Positions 20,986 to 32,537 of a stretch of 64,000 nt of DNA are shown here, one piece after another (the first letter of the stretch is position 1; the number at the start of each line of letters is the position of its first letter). The notes beneath the pieces are model-generated. The model saw only the letters and a list, made by a program, of their open reading frames with translations. It was not told where the DNA came from and did not search any database. Origin of the DNA: Histomonas meleagridis 2922-C6/04-290x (taxonomy: Eukaryota > Protista > Parabasalia); NCBI GenBank assembly GCA_020184695.1, contig JAANOX010000116.1, forward strand, positions 76,750 to 140,749. Reading direction: 5' to 3'. The position numbers and the translations under genes were made by a program.

Positions 20986-22044
20986 ATGGAAAGGATAGAG
21001 GAACCACTTATCGATGAAACAACATCAAATGATAATTTAACCAGTTACTCAGACTCGTCATCAGATAAAAGCACTCAAACAAAGAAAAAATCTTCATCAA
21101 TTTGGAAAACAATAAATATGATAAGTTTTTTCGTATGTATTAGTCTTCTTATATTTTTCACAATTCTTTTTCCGTTGATATACTTAATTCCTCTATCGGA
21201 GTATCAGGAATCCAAAAGGCTTCATCCAGCTCAGGAATTTCTTGAGGTACCATCCATTCTTAATTTCTTTCATTGGTTCTATTATGCTGTTGCATTTATT
21301 GTTTTAATGGCGATTCCTTTTTCCAAAATTCGAGATCCAAATCTTAAATCACAAAGATTTTGCGTACTCACATTTTTTGGAATTATCTTAGGTTGCATCA
21401 CTATACTGTTTCCCATTATTACTACGTATCGCTACATTGATAAATATATCGATAATGCAAAACAATACACAGAATACAATCGAAACATCACTCATATGAT
21501 TTCATGGATTCCGAACATTATTTTTAGTGCCAATGGTTATACCTACAACGAAACAACGAAACAAAAAAAGATATGTACACCTGAAACAATAATTATCCAA
21601 GGAATAAATGCGACGACAATTAGCAACATCACTGATATTGAAGAATATGGCTTTATACGAATGAATCTTGCAATTACATTAACAGCAGAACAACGGCGAT
21701 ATATATCCGATTATTCTTCTCGATATAAAAAGGCTTTGCCTATTACAATTGATGGCGAAAAGATTCATTGGGATTACAAATTTGGAGTTCGAATGTTCGA
21801 ATATCCAAAAGATTTGTTTTTGGTACAAAAACATGAATTAAATGGAAAGTTAAGTAAGGCGAGTTATGTATCAATGGGAATGTTTTGGTCATTGATTGGT
21901 TACACTTATCGCTTGTACGCGATTCCGATATATAAACATAAGATACAGAAAGTGAATATGACATTTGACATGAAAGAGATACCAAGCGAAGGAGATCAGC
22001 TGTGGAAGACACTGGCGCAGACAAAGTGTCGCCCGACTTTGTAA
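20986..22044 (+). CDS. Multi-pass membrane protein, TMEM151-like
   Basis: Three N-terminal TM helices, a soluble region (IPNIIFSANGY...FIRMNL) and a C-terminal TM followed by YTYRLY...IQKV; family inferred from the overall pattern. Confidence 0.45.
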   Translation: MERIEEPLIDETTSNDNLTSYSDSSSDKSTQTKKKSSSIWKTINMISFFVCISLLIFFTILFPLIYLIPLSEYQESKRLHPAQEFLEVPSILNFFHWFYYAVAFIVLMAIPFSKIRDPNLKSQRFCVLTFFGIILGCITILFPIITTYRYIDKYIDNAKQYTEYNRNITHMISWIPNIIFSANGYTYNETTKQKKICTPETIIIQGINATTISNITDIEEYGFIRMNLAITLTAEQRRYISDYSSRYKKALPITIDGEKIHWDYKFGVRMFEYPKDLFLVQKHELNGKLSKASYVSMGMFWSLIGYTYRLYAIPIYKHKIQKVNMTFDMKEIPSEGDQLWKTLAQTKCRPTL

Positions 22045-22177
22045 AAATGTATTATTCGTATTATTGTTGTTGTTGAAGGAAATTTGATATTTTAATAATC
22101 TTTCGCTTTAAATTTGAGTTGTAGACGTATTAATTTCTGTGTGATGTTCCTATGTGGTTTTATTAGTACTGTAAGAA

Positions 22178-22198
22178 ATATATATATATATATATATA
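22178..22198. repeat. (AT)n microsatellite
   Basis: About 10 dinucleotide units. Confidence 0.9.
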
Positions 22199-22306
22199 AC
22201 ACAATGATTATCCTTTATTTAAAATTAATCTACATTTTAATTTGAACCAGTCCTTGATAATGCATATGTGTTTTTAGAAGATGGACTACATGATTCATAA
22301 AACCTG

Positions 22307-22328
22307 TATATATATATATATATATATA
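22307..22328. repeat. (TA)11 microsatellite
   Basis: Read directly from sequence. Confidence 0.9.
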
Positions 22329-22779
22329 GAAGCTTGAATTATGTAAGATTTTTGATTTGATATCTTTCTCATTTTTTCCAATCAAATTTGCTCAACCACA
22401 CCAAGCACTCTTTGAATCTCGAGTCATTTTTATTTTTTATATGTAATTGATTTGTATTTAAAATTACATCTCAATCAAAGAACAAACATCAATTCTTCTT
22501 TTGTGGTTCCAATCGTTTTTGTTTGTAATTTGTCATCTTATGATTAAATTGATTTTTGATTATAAAAAAATAGAAAAATTTGTGCTATAACTTCATAGAA
22601 AAACCACAGTTACAAGATTACTTCTTTTGTTGTGTATCCACAACAATGTTTGTATATTTTCTTTTAATATCTTTTTGTATATCAATTCCTTGTTCATTAA
22701 CAAATATTTTATACTCAATGCAATTCGAATATTTATCGTTAAAAATGACTTAAAAGAATATTTTAATTATTTTATTATT

Positions 22780-24717
22780 TTACTTTACTTCGATTTCAAA
22801 TATTGGGTTACAATTTTCGAACTTCACATTAATTCTCTCTCCTTCCTTCCACTTCGACAACGCTATTGATGACTTTACTATGTTCATCAATATTTCTGTT
22901 TGCCACTTCGATCTCTTTCCTCCGTTAATTTTTGTAGCCTTAGCGATCATTTCCTTTGCGCTATTAAACTTTCTTGTTATTTCATTTCTTAGCACGTTGA
23001 GCGGCAAATTTTTTGCTTCGTACAACGCCTGAAAGTTATTATATGGTATAGCAATTGGCTGTATGAAGTATCTTAAAGCTGAAGTTCTTTCTTCGTAAAT
23101 CTTTTGTTGACATGTAAACATTCCGTTAACTTTATTATATAAATTTTCTTTGTTTATAAGTCGCATCACTTGGAAACTCGCGTCCATATACAATGAATAT
23201 GCTTGCGCTTCGATTTCTTGAATTGATTCTTCTTTACGTTGCCTTTGTATGTCTTGCGTTGATATCGCTGAACGATTTCCTTTACGTCGTTGATGTATCG
23301 TATAGATCGATTGAACGGTACGTTCGTTCTCATAATATTCCGAAAATTTGGACCATATCGATGATAAGTTCGAAAATATTGTTCCGTAATCATTAGCATT
23401 ATATAGATTTGAGATGATTGCAAACTTAATATATGTGTCGGATAAGATTAATGAGGTTAAACGACTCCAATGAATCGTTGGATTTGCGATTAAGTATCGA
23501 TATGAATCAGAAGTAACTTTAGGAAAATGATTCGAATTGACTGCCTTAAGTTGAAGTTCATGTGTTATTTGTTGGATGTGGCCCCAACATTTAAGTGTAT
23601 ATTCGGATAATATTCGATGCGCACAACAAATTGGTTGTATTAAGGCACGAATACAATGCTTTACGAAAAAGTAGTACTGGCTATCAAATTGTTTCTGATC
23701 AATTAATGTGGCTTTGAGAATTGATGTAGGAACATGATACTGTTGAAATTCATGTTCAAGTAATTTTAATGCTGAGGTCTCAAAAATAAGTTGGTCATCA
23801 CTTTGTGGGAAAATAATGGAATAAAGAACGATACGGACGAACGTTAAGGCGTTTTGATGCGAAATGCTCCAATTCGAAGCTGTGGCAATTAGGTCGCTAG
23901 TATTGGTGCTACGTGGATATTCACGAAGGGAAGATAAGTCAGAAAGCATTTGAGTACAAAGTGAACAGGCTGTTTCATGATCTGGAATTTGAAGTTTAGA
24001 TGGAGCACAATGAGACGGGAGTTGACGATTATGAATAGTCATACAAAAACCAATTGCAGCTGAATCTTTTGGATAATTGGGTGCTGTTGGTGGTTCAATT
24101 GATGTGGGATTCTCAACATATTTTGCAAGATTTACTTCATATTGACAAAAATCAAGTATGTCAGAAAGTTGTGGGTTTTCGGATTTTAATTTTTCTATTT
24201 TAGAGATTTCTTCTTCGATATTGTATTCATTAAAATATTTTTTGATTTCTTCTAATTCTTTAAAATCTTGCGTCCAAATTGCACTGTTAATAATACTATA
24301 TTTTATTGCATACTCTTCAATTGTTAATGTTGCATATGTAAAAGAAAAAATTATGGATTTAAGAATTTCGTTTTTAATTTGATAATCTTTGTGAATGTAA
24401 ATACAAGTTAAAATGCTTTGGAAAATGCTGTAACCTTCTAAGCGTGACATTTGACAATCAAATAAATATCCAGTAATTTTTCTAATTTTATCATCTGTTA
24501 TATTTTCATCAGGAATTTGATTTTTTCCCATATAATCAGCAACGCTAAATATTCCATTTGATAGTAGATGACCATCAATTCGTTTTGAACCAACAGGTAA
24601 ACAGCTCATTGTGGTTTTTGCATTCATTTTTTCATTTGATATATATTCATCATACTTTAGTTGTGCTTGACATTGTTGAAAGATGGAAATTGGTATTTCA
24701 GTCCAATTTTCTTCCAT
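22780..24717 (-). CDS. NAA35: NatC N-alpha-acetyltransferase auxiliary subunit (Mak10)
   Basis: N-terminal WTEIP...CQAQLKYDEYI...TTMSCLPVGSKRIDG and LFDCQMSRLEGYSIFQSILTCIYIH match the Mak10 pattern. First ATG is at 24717. Confidence 0.75.
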   Translation of the reverse strand: MEENWTEIPISIFQQCQAQLKYDEYISNEKMNAKTTMSCLPVGSKRIDGHLLSNGIFSVADYMGKNQIPDENITDDKIRKITGYLFDCQMSRLEGYSIFQSILTCIYIHKDYQIKNEILKSIIFSFTYATLTIEEYAIKYSIINSAIWTQDFKELEEIKKYFNEYNIEEEISKIEKLKSENPQLSDILDFCQYEVNLAKYVENPTSIEPPTAPNYPKDSAAIGFCMTIHNRQLPSHCAPSKLQIPDHETACSLCTQMLSDLSSLREYPRSTNTSDLIATASNWSISHQNALTFVRIVLYSIIFPQSDDQLIFETSALKLLEHEFQQYHVPTSILKATLIDQKQFDSQYYFFVKHCIRALIQPICCAHRILSEYTLKCWGHIQQITHELQLKAVNSNHFPKVTSDSYRYLIANPTIHWSRLTSLILSDTYIKFAIISNLYNANDYGTIFSNLSSIWSKFSEYYENERTVQSIYTIHQRRKGNRSAISTQDIQRQRKEESIQEIEAQAYSLYMDASFQVMRLINKENLYNKVNGMFTCQQKIYEERTSALRYFIQPIAIPYNNFQALYEAKNLPLNVLRNEITRKFNSAKEMIAKATKINGGKRSKWQTEILMNIVKSSIALSKWKEGERINVKFENCNPIFEIEVK

Positions 24718-25232
24718 GTAGCCAAATGTCAATAATACAACAGTTCAAATTTTCATGACACAAAAATTATTGAATATGTGAAATTTGAATGACAGTTGGA
24801 ACTAAAACCACATTGGGAAAATCTGTTTGAGGATAGTAGAATCCAGGAGGACTAAAGCTTTAGGTTTGGACAACTTCAAAGCCGCAAAGCCCTCTAGTCG
24901 GGCCTACTTATAACATTACAACATGATTTTTCACATCTTCTAATAACTGAATTGCGCCATTTTTCCTCTATCAGAATATTATTTCTATTAAAAATATTCG
25001 TCAATTTGGGGTGCCCCTATTGAGCAGACGTTTATGGGGGAGACGTTAAACTTTTTTTTGAAAAACAAAACTTTCTAACTTTAATGTTAACATTATAATT
25101 ATCAACCTAATTTTTTTGCCAGTATTATTATTCATTGTAAGTATGAATGTGCGTATTTTAGAAATTTTTTAATAATAATAAATAATTCCTTATGAAACAT
25201 TTGTAAATAGGTCTTACTCACATGAGAACAAT

Positions 25233-25688
25233 TTAATTTGGCACAGAGATACCACACTCTTCCATAAGTTTGTCAGTATCAAAAACAACATCTTTTTCTA
25301 AATCGACACTTGGAGTCTGTGGCTTTTTGAAAAATTTCCCTAAAATCTTGTTGGTTTTCCTTCGCCTTGTTTCTTTTTCAAGAAGTGTTAGCCTTCCTTT
25401 AACTTTTTGAACAAAATTGAGCATGCAATTAATTGATTCAAAAATCTGATTTAACTTTTCCGTCAATTGATGTGGATCCCCAAGTTGATCAACTGCAGCG
25501 ACCTCCTCAACCAAAGCTAGCATCTCATTTAAGCGAATGAGAATTGGTTCACATTTTTGACGTTCTTTGACTCTGAATCTGATAATTGCTTCATTATTTG
25601 GCCCAATTAGCTGTACTAATTCCTCACATAGATCTTCAAGAGAAACATTGCATTCTTCGATTTGTTTTTCTGTTTCTTGGGTGCTCAT
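25233..25688 (-). CDS. BLOC-1 subunit 4 (cappuccino)-like coiled-coil protein
   Basis: LIRLNEMLALVE...LNQIFESINCMLNFVQKVKGRLTLLE...VFDTD parallels the CNO pattern (recalled). Inr-like GCACTTT precedes ATG 25688. Confidence 0.55.
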   Translation of the reverse strand: MSTQETEKQIEECNVSLEDLCEELVQLIGPNNEAIIRFRVKERQKCEPILIRLNEMLALVEEVAAVDQLGDPHQLTEKLNQIFESINCMLNFVQKVKGRLTLLEKETRRRKTNKILGKFFKKPQTPSVDLEKDVVFDTDKLMEECGISVPN

Positions 25689-26206
25689 TTGAAAAAAGTG
25701 CAATTATTAAAACCGCGAAAACCGTTGCGGTTATGCATATGTGGAAGTTGTTCTGAAGGATTATAAATCGAAATCTAAGAGTCAAAATACTTCAAGAACA
25801 AAAGGGATTGATTTAATTCATTACGTGTTTTATGTATGATTTAATGTTTATATATAATATTTTAAGATAAATTTATCTTAATTTTAATATTAAAATTATT
25901 TAAATCAGCACTTCCAAAGCATTTGTAAATGATCACCCTAAAGTCACTGGTTTAATAATAATAAATAAATCAATGTATCAAAACAAAAGTATGTACATTG
26001 TTGATTAATCATTTTGATAAAAACGAAACTTGGGCTAAATACTCTTTAAAAAAAGACTTTTGTTGTCTTTGTGATTTGTTAAATATACAGATTTAAAATA
26101 TTTTAAAAATATTTTTTTCCTCTTTATTCTTCTATTGGGCACCCGAAAACGGTTTCTTTAGTTTTGGGCGGGAAAACGCTTGACAAGACGTTAACTATTT
26201 GTTGGC

Positions 26207-26785
26207 ATGAACGTAGATGATTTAAGCAAACTCAGTTCTGATATATTAAACACAAGCGATTTAAGTCCAGATGCATATGCCCTTGCAAAAGTCATTCAAG
26301 AACTCCTCCCATTATTCAAAGAAAATGCGGAATTATATTCAGACATGAGGAAAAAACTCGTTAATCATTATCTTAATCAACCATCACTTGAAATTGAAAA
26401 ATCTTTTTCATTCGAATTAACAGATAAAATAGCAGAAGAAACTCCAAAACCAGATAATTCAAAATTAAAAGATCAACTATTAAAATTAGCTAAACAACTT
26501 TCTCAGTTTAACCAGCAGTCAATTGAAACCAAAGCGCAAACAGAAAAAACAATTGAACAACTTGATAAAGAAATATCTGATTTAAAGGATCAAGTTAAAA
26601 ATTACCAAATGTTAATAGAAAGATTGTCTAGACCTAATTCAGAAATGCCAACGCCAGCGCGAGTCTCTTCAAAATCGTCAGAAAGTTCCCTATTTCAAAG
26701 CACATCTACTCCCAAAAGAAGATCATATACACCTCGAATATCACCATCTTCAGGACAAAGAGTAATGTTTTCAATGCCTAATTAG
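26207..26785 (+). CDS. Hypothetical coiled-coil protein with S/T/P-rich tail
   Basis: 192-aa ORF with ATG start and heptad-rich middle region; no family recognised. Confidence 0.7.
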   Translation: MNVDDLSKLSSDILNTSDLSPDAYALAKVIQELLPLFKENAELYSDMRKKLVNHYLNQPSLEIEKSFSFELTDKIAEETPKPDNSKLKDQLLKLAKQLSQFNQQSIETKAQTEKTIEQLDKEISDLKDQVKNYQMLIERLSRPNSEMPTPARVSSKSSESSLFQSTSTPKRRSYTPRISPSSGQRVMFSMPN

Positions 26786-26907
26786 TTTTGTAAATAAAAA
26801 TGTATTTATTTTTCATTTAAATCAAACGTTATGAAAAGTTTTGGAATTTGTTATATTCTTTAGCAACAATTTTATTTAAAAAAAATAATAAAAACAAATT
26901 TAACAAT

Positions 26908-28881
26908 TTATTTAAGTATATTATGCATATAAAGTTCTGTTGTATATATCTTTTCATAAAACTCCTGCTGAGCAGCGTTCATTGTCTTTTTTAATGTTTT
27001 GCTTTGCAACGTTTGTTCGAATTTATCTTTTGCAGTTTTCAATTGCTTAATTAGAATTTCGTCATTAGTTTTTTGCAACTCTTCGACCAAAACGTTATAC
27101 TTTGGGATAAATTCGTTTAATTCCAATTGCATAAACTTAATGATATCGTCTGTGTTCTGTTCAATGAGAAAATCTTTTTCAGAAAAAATAATTGGAAAAT
27201 TTAATCCATTATTTGATATAACTTCCATAAATACATTTACATCGATTTGTTTATCTTTCGATATATTAATTGCCTCTCCGAATAATTCACTAATTATATT
27301 CGGCTTTAAATCAAATTTTAATTTTTTAAGTAAATTCTCAAATTGTGAATAAGTTATAATTTTATTTTTCTGTAAAATTTCATTACATTTATCTTTGAGC
27401 GATTCATTGATCTTCATACATTCTTCATTATAAGCTGTTAATATAAAGTCGATTATCCCATCAAGTTGTACTAAGTTCTTTCCACTAAATCGTATCAAAT
27501 CGGCGCCGGAGATTTTGATAAGGCGCTCGATATAAAACTCTAAAATTTTACCATTCGAAAATCGTTTTAATACAATTTCGGCTGCGTTACATGCTGATGG
27601 TATTGGTATTAAACTCGTCGTTTCTTTGCCACTGCTAATGTCGGGAAACAATGGCCCTGGATTTGCTTTGTTCATCATTGTAAGTGTATATAAATAAAAA
27701 TGTAAAGTTTGGATCGGTAATGGATCAATTAACCCGAAAAATCGTGCAAATAATGTAATTCGTGAAATGCCACTTTCAATATATTCTTTAATTGTCTCTA
27801 ATAAATCATATAACGTTCGTTCTGTATAAAAACGTGAACCATAAACGTTTAATAGAATATCATATACAATATTACAAAATGGTTCGCGTAAAAGAGATTT
27901 ATCATAGGTTTTATATGAAAAATATGTCATGTAATTACTATAAATATAAGAAATAATAGAAAATACCCACTGAAGAGAACGTTTGTTGGGCTTCGTATCA
28001 GATGGTAACGATAGGAAAAGTGGCGGGAACTTTTTGAGCGGATCAAATGAACTGTTTGGTGAAAAATCAACAAAATGCTCAACATCATTTAAAACATTGG
28101 CAATATCTAAAGGAGATACTACATTTTCTCGCATTTTCCAGCGGAAATTTTGAGAACGAGATTCAAGTTCACAACTTGAAAATGAAAAAGTCGGTTCATC
28201 TTTAATTTCTTCTTCTGGATTTGTATCTGTTATCTTTAACTTGGCTTTAAGTGCTTTGATTTCTTCGTTGAGCTTGTTACAGAGTTGAACTTGTTCATCA
28301 ATCTTTTTTTGGATATCAACAAGCTTAAAACCATCATTCTCTTGAGTACTATTCCAACTGGCTTTATCTTCTTCATATGCGGATTGAACAGTATTTAATT
28401 GAGATTTAACATATTCTAAATCTGTCTTCAAAAACTGCATTCGATCTTTGTGACATGTGAGAATATATTTGCATTCTTCTTTTTGAACTTGAAAAAGCTT
28501 GGTTAAAAATTGTTGGTTTCGTTTCCATAAAACAGCAAATAATCTACCTCGCTCTGCACAATCAATAGAAACTTGACGAACAAGTTCATTGAAAGCAACA
28601 GAAAACCAATGTTGAGCTTGAACGCAAACATCTAAAGGATTGTCGTTTTGTTCAAGATTTTCTGCTAAAACTGAATTAAGCCATTCTCCTAGTAATTCTA
28701 CTTCTCGCCTTGAAGCAGGTGCTGGTGTTGAAAAGTTTTTCTGCCTCCAATTTTTTGCTGTGAAAGATGAACGAGCAATAGATGGTTTTGAAAATCCTAC
28801 CGGTTTGGAGCTAAGTGGCTTAATTATTTTTGAAGTATTACTTTGCTGATAGACTGGGAAAGGTTGTCTAACAGCCCTCAT
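26908..28881 (-). CDS. Axonemal dynein light chain domain (p28/AXDND1-like) protein
   Basis: AFNELVRQVSIDCAERGRLFAVLW motif, then coiled coil and an EF-hand-like C-terminal region. Confidence 0.65.
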   Translation of the reverse strand: MRAVRQPFPVYQQSNTSKIIKPLSSKPVGFSKPSIARSSFTAKNWRQKNFSTPAPASRREVELLGEWLNSVLAENLEQNDNPLDVCVQAQHWFSVAFNELVRQVSIDCAERGRLFAVLWKRNQQFLTKLFQVQKEECKYILTCHKDRMQFLKTDLEYVKSQLNTVQSAYEEDKASWNSTQENDGFKLVDIQKKIDEQVQLCNKLNEEIKALKAKLKITDTNPEEEIKDEPTFSFSSCELESRSQNFRWKMRENVVSPLDIANVLNDVEHFVDFSPNSSFDPLKKFPPLFLSLPSDTKPNKRSLQWVFSIISYIYSNYMTYFSYKTYDKSLLREPFCNIVYDILLNVYGSRFYTERTLYDLLETIKEYIESGISRITLFARFFGLIDPLPIQTLHFYLYTLTMMNKANPGPLFPDISSGKETTSLIPIPSACNAAEIVLKRFSNGKILEFYIERLIKISGADLIRFSGKNLVQLDGIIDFILTAYNEECMKINESLKDKCNEILQKNKIITYSQFENLLKKLKFDLKPNIISELFGEAINISKDKQIDVNVFMEVISNNGLNFPIIFSEKDFLIEQNTDDIIKFMQLELNEFIPKYNVLVEELQKTNDEILIKQLKTAKDKFEQTLQSKTLKKTMNAAQQEFYEKIYTTELYMHNILK

Positions 28882-29139
28882 TTTGGTTCAATATCTCGAA
28901 ATTCTTCCCAATGTTAAAAAACGTATTTTGGAGCACACCTATTTCGGCCGTTTATTTGATTATTAAACGTGCATTTTTTTCATCATTCTGTTTTGTTCTA
29001 TATAAGCAATATGTTGGCTCAAAGTAAATCAAAATGATAATACTTTACGTATACTTTAATTAAATATAAATATTAGTAATAATTAAATATTAGTAATAAT
29101 AATAAAGTATACTTTAATTAAATATTATAAACATATTGT

Positions 29140-32100
29140 TTATTTTTTATTATATACTGATAATTTATCCTTAAAAGATTGACTCACATTTTTATTTAGT
29201 ATTACTTTTGGTGGTAGAGTTGATGCATTTGTTGTTGGCTTTAAATTAACTTTATGAAGATCTTGTTTTTTCTGTTTTTTCTTTTTGTCAATTGGTTTTA
29301 AATGCACATTTAGTGCAGCATATGCAATGTTTTCACTACGAATCTCTTTTTTGTTTGCTTTAATCTGTAAATTTGGTGATGAATGTGTTATATTTGGATT
29401 ATTTTGAGATTTGATTTGTATATTCGTTTCAGATTGAGTTAAATTATTATCATCACTAATTGCACTATCATCAATTTGTGCATTTGATATTGGAAATAAT
29501 TTTGGTTTTGTATGGGCTGAATTATCTTGTTTTAAATTAAAAGATTTTGCCTTTTTTAAGATTGATTTCTTTGTAGTTTTTTCATCATTTTCACTTGAAT
29601 AAAGTGCTATTTTAGTAAGAATTGTTTTTGATTCATTAATATTTGTTGTTACATTTCTTGATAAAGCTTCTGATTGTTTAAATTCTACTTTTCCTTGAGG
29701 AGGAGATTCTGATGGATTACAAAATTTAGAAGGAATTTTTAAAATGAAAAATGAATTTATTTGAATTTCATGATTTTTATCATATCCGCCATAACAAATA
29801 ATTTCTTTTGTACTTTCGACATATTGACAAGCAAATCTAGAAAATCCTTTTATAAAATTTCCTTCAATATTTATTGATTCTGTGTTTAATGTTACAAGGT
29901 TAACAACAACTATTGGTATATCATCGTTTGTGTTATTAATCCCACCAATTAAAAACATATATCTTTGAATAATTATAGCTTTATGCATTGTTCTTGGAAT
30001 TGAAGCCATTTCTCCTGTTAAGTTTAATTTTATCCATATATTGTTTATTAAAGAATATGCCCAACAATCATCAAATACATTAATACCATCATCTCCGCCA
30101 TATATTATCATATAATCTTTATATAAAACTGCAGAGTGACTTTTTCTTGGTGCTGGTTGTGGTGAATTTTCATTTGGTTTAATCTTTGTTATTTTATTTG
30201 TTTTTTGATCATATGATAAAATTCTATTAATTACTTGACGCGATCTTGGATACATACCACCAAATATTAAAAATCCTGTTTTAGTAGGAATCATCGTATG
30301 ATATATTCGAGAAAATTTTTCATTTTGTGGAGGCCGATATATATGTTTCCATTTATTTGCTTCAAATATTGCAATATGAGAAGATGGACCTCCATAAATA
30401 TATATTTTTTTCATAAAAACAATCATTGATGTAGTTATAGAACGAATAGTGATTAATTTATCAACAGATATAGTTTTATTTGTAATATTATATGTTATTA
30501 AAGGAGTTGGAACTTTACCTAATATATTTCCACCAGCAAAGTATATAATATCATCAAGAATCACGGATGATAAATCGGATATTGAAGGTAAAATTGACGA
30601 ATTTTTTACTTCTTCACATCTTATAACATTTTCTAAATTCTCAGAAAATTGTGAATTTCTTAAATTAATAAAAGTATCAAGCCACTCATTCTTTATAGTA
30701 ACATTTTGAAACTCTATAAAATACCATTTATCTTGCTGACTTTGAAATTCAATAACCTTTTCTGATTTTGAAGGAAGGAAACTTATATTTTTTAAAACTT
30801 CAAAAAATTTTGGTATTTCAGGATCTGAACCTTTTGTTAATAAAATCATATCATTAAATGTATATAAAGTTCCTTTGTTAGCAGTGTTTAAAATATTAAT
30901 TGGTACTTCACTAATTATCCTTCGATCTTCAGTAACTAAATTTAATTGTTTTGAAAGTCGATAATCTATTTTACTTACTTGTTGTCTTTGTCTAAATATA
31001 TCACCTGCTGTTTCCATTTCATGCGTTATTTTTTCAATTGAATCTAAAGCAATTGGCAAATCAAAACTATCAGGATGACTCAAAGGTGTATACTTAATTA
31101 ATTCTCTAATTAAAAGAATATAACGTGGCATTCGTTGTATTGGCATTATTAAATAACCATTAAAATCAAGGCCTGTTTTATATGGATTAGATTGAACAAT
31201 TTCAAGCATTTTTTTATCATTACGTAAATTTCCAGCAATATTATTGATTTTATCATAATCAACGATATATTGTTGAGAAGCCATAAATCTAGATGAAAAA
31301 GTAACAAATGTTTCAGATAATATTGATGAATACTTGATTCCATTTTTCTGTAAGCTATTAAGAAAATTAACATGACAATCAATCATTTTTGGAAGTTGAC
31401 CAAAAATTAGATTCATATTTGATTCATTAACAATCTTGGCTTCAATCATTTTTTGGCGAAAATGATTATATAATGTATTAAGACCAAAGCAATATGTTAC
31501 TTCAGTATCATATAACTCTTTAAGTATTTTTTCTCTTGTTTGTATAAGTTTAATTGATTCTGGTTTAAGAGAACAAGAAAAACTAAATTGGAATTTTTCA
31601 GCAAGATCAAAAATTTCATAAGCTGAAAGATTTTGATTTAATAAAGTTTTCCCAACAAATACTTGAGGATTATTAACTTCAAGTTCAAATTGTTCAACAA
31701 TACGAAAAAACACATCTTTTCCTGTTAACTTTTTAAACTCAGTATAAATGAAACGTACTACAAATGGAGGAATATCAATATTATCTTTACATATAACTTG
31801 TAATATTAAAAAGAAGAATTTTTTATCTGATTTTGGAATTATTTGAAACGCATAATCTTTTGATAATGATTCTGGATCAGGATCTTTAAGTTGTTGTATT
31901 AGTTGTGGATATTTCGAACTTGGGATAAAGTTATTATCAATTAATGGCTTAATAAATGTTGGCGTTTTGATGGCAAGCATATAACCTTCAGGAATAGATA
32001 AGGAAGTTGAAATATTTAAAACAGTTTTATTAATAACGATGTTTTGATGTTTATATTTAGGTGGAAACCCAGATTGAAGGATTGCAACAACTGAAGCCAT
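29140..32100 (-). CDS. RhoGEF (DH-PH) protein with Kelch repeats
   Basis: DH motifs ILKELYDTEVTY and YLIMPIQRMPRYILLIREL; Kelch GG units (YIYGG, LIFGG, IIYGG, FLIGG, CYGG). Confidence 0.88.
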   Translation of the reverse strand: MASVVAILQSGFPPKYKHQNIVINKTVLNISTSLSIPEGYMLAIKTPTFIKPLIDNNFIPSSKYPQLIQQLKDPDPESLSKDYAFQIIPKSDKKFFFLILQVICKDNIDIPPFVVRFIYTEFKKLTGKDVFFRIVEQFELEVNNPQVFVGKTLLNQNLSAYEIFDLAEKFQFSFSCSLKPESIKLIQTREKILKELYDTEVTYCFGLNTLYNHFRQKMIEAKIVNESNMNLIFGQLPKMIDCHVNFLNSLQKNGIKYSSILSETFVTFSSRFMASQQYIVDYDKINNIAGNLRNDKKMLEIVQSNPYKTGLDFNGYLIMPIQRMPRYILLIRELIKYTPLSHPDSFDLPIALDSIEKITHEMETAGDIFRQRQQVSKIDYRLSKQLNLVTEDRRIISEVPINILNTANKGTLYTFNDMILLTKGSDPEIPKFFEVLKNISFLPSKSEKVIEFQSQQDKWYFIEFQNVTIKNEWLDTFINLRNSQFSENLENVIRCEEVKNSSILPSISDLSSVILDDIIYFAGGNILGKVPTPLITYNITNKTISVDKLITIRSITTSMIVFMKKIYIYGGPSSHIAIFEANKWKHIYRPPQNEKFSRIYHTMIPTKTGFLIFGGMYPRSRQVINRILSYDQKTNKITKIKPNENSPQPAPRKSHSAVLYKDYMIIYGGDDGINVFDDCWAYSLINNIWIKLNLTGEMASIPRTMHKAIIIQRYMFLIGGINNTNDDIPIVVVNLVTLNTESINIEGNFIKGFSRFACQYVESTKEIICYGGYDKNHEIQINSFFILKIPSKFCNPSESPPQGKVEFKQSEALSRNVTTNINESKTILTKIALYSSENDEKTTKKSILKKAKSFNLKQDNSAHTKPKLFPISNAQIDDSAISDDNNLTQSETNIQIKSQNNPNITHSSPNLQIKANKKEIRSENIAYAALNVHLKPIDKKKKQKKQDLHKVNLKPTTNASTLPPKVILNKNVSQSFKDKLSVYNKK

Positions 32101-32503
32101 TCAAGAAAAATTAGACACAATTGGTTTTGGTTTTTATTGAATAATGAAATGCTACATAAATATTTTTAATTGAAATATTTTCGATATTCCGTGACAACTT
32201 AAAGAAATTATTTAATCAAAGAAGTATTTGGTTTTATTCAATAAAATATTTGATGATGAAAAGTATTATATTTTTTTGCTTGCCTAATGACATGAATAAA
32301 TCTTTAAAATATTACTGTGCATTTCTGCTTTAATAAGTCATTTATTTATAATAGCATCAAATGATAAAGAAAAATCAAAATTAAATATTGAGTAATATTA
32401 TGTATCAAAACTTTTTGAATTTTATGTTTTAAATAAATTTTTATAATTTTATAAAATTTACTTCAAAAAGCTGGTTTTACATTGGCACTTTTATAACGGT
32501 CAT

Positions 32504-32531
32504 GGCGGTTTGCGGGTTTGGTCGTTCCTTT
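32504..32531 (+). promoter_or_regulatory. M3 (Myb-like) and M5 (CCTTT) core promoter of RPL3
   Basis: GGCGGTTT at 32504-32511 and CCTTT at 32527-32531, 6 nt before the ATG; matches the Trichomonas M3/M5 core promoter motifs. Confidence 0.65.
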
Positions 32532-32537
32532 TTTCTA

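Noticed and set aside
24815-24980. RNase P/MRP-like GGGAAAATCTG ... TCAGAAT pairing
   Set aside because: The P4 pseudoknot would contain two mismatches and the intervening DNA is largely unstructured AT-rich sequence.
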